Shown here: piece after piece, positions 63,927-64,000 of the stretch | Layout of the letters: each line of letters opens with the position of its first letter | Position numbering within the stretch: position 1 is the first letter of the stretch | Assembly (NCBI GenBank): GCA_045543955.1 | Contig: JAZPYB010000030.1 | Coordinates: 961-64,960, forward strand | Length of the DNA stretch: 64,000 nt | Direction: 5' to 3' | Source: Eubacteriales bacterium | GTDB taxonomy: Bacteria > Bacillota > Clostridia > Oscillospirales > CAG-272 | Translations under genes and position numbers: made by a program | The notes under the pieces: generated by a model | Database searches by the model: none | What the model was told of the DNA's origin: nothing | Seen by the model: the letters and a program-made list of their open reading frames with translations, nothing else

Positions 63927-64000
63927 ATGAAAAAGAATATATTTAGAATTTTATCCGCTCTATTAATTTTAGCAACTATTTTTTCCTTGTCTTCTTGTAG
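63927..64000 (+). CDS. Lipoprotein, N-terminal fragment (runs off the window)
   Basis: An AGGAGG RBS precedes ATG 63927, and the sequence reads MKKNIFRILSALLILATIFSLSSC (lipobox). Confidence 0.5.
   Translation, partial: MKKNIFRILSALLILATIFSLSSC

Overview
The window is a 64-kb chromosomal segment from a low-GC, spore-forming member of the Clostridia; spoIIE, nifJ/PFOR, ppdK, a split transketolase and BspA-type LRR surface proteins support this placement. Most of it is core metabolism and information processing. Recognisable genes are mnmA, topB, the dCMP deaminase gene, rimI, tsaD, dnaD/dnaI-like genes, rplJ-rplL with an L10 leader, cysK, ppdK, rnr, secG, glyA, a fur-family gene, nifJ, comM, spoIIE and tkt. 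Interspersed accessory genes include an ArsR-regulated P-type metal ATPase, two GH78 rhamnosidase-like genes and a GldA/F/G-like ABC cluster joined to a GH94-like phosphorylase. There is also a 1423-aa activase/dehydratase fusion resembling plasmalogen synthase PlsA/PlsR, plus several secreted or surface proteins. I found no rRNA gene, tRNA gene or CRISPR array. Five things stand out. (1) A modular GC-rich intergenic repeat family occurs at seven or more loci; its core hairpin pairs a 16S-tail-like anti-SD sequence with a perfect SD. (2) At two loci, insertions of this repeat-type DNA are flanked by 46-50 bp direct duplications of the 3' end of the adjacent gene, stop codon included. (3) Two paralogous LRR surface-protein genes carry duplicated consensus promoters preceded by T16 and T15 homopolymer tracts. 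(4) An AT-rich island starts at about 60.4 kb and runs off the window end. It holds an IS4-family transposase, an XRE regulator, convergent overlapping mini-ORFs and Cys-rich lipoproteins. (5) Inside that island, a consensus promoter, a 106-nt extended hairpin and an intrinsic terminator sit just upstream of a lipoprotein gene, which makes a candidate new riboregulator or sRNA. I did not recognise an obvious multi-gene defence system.
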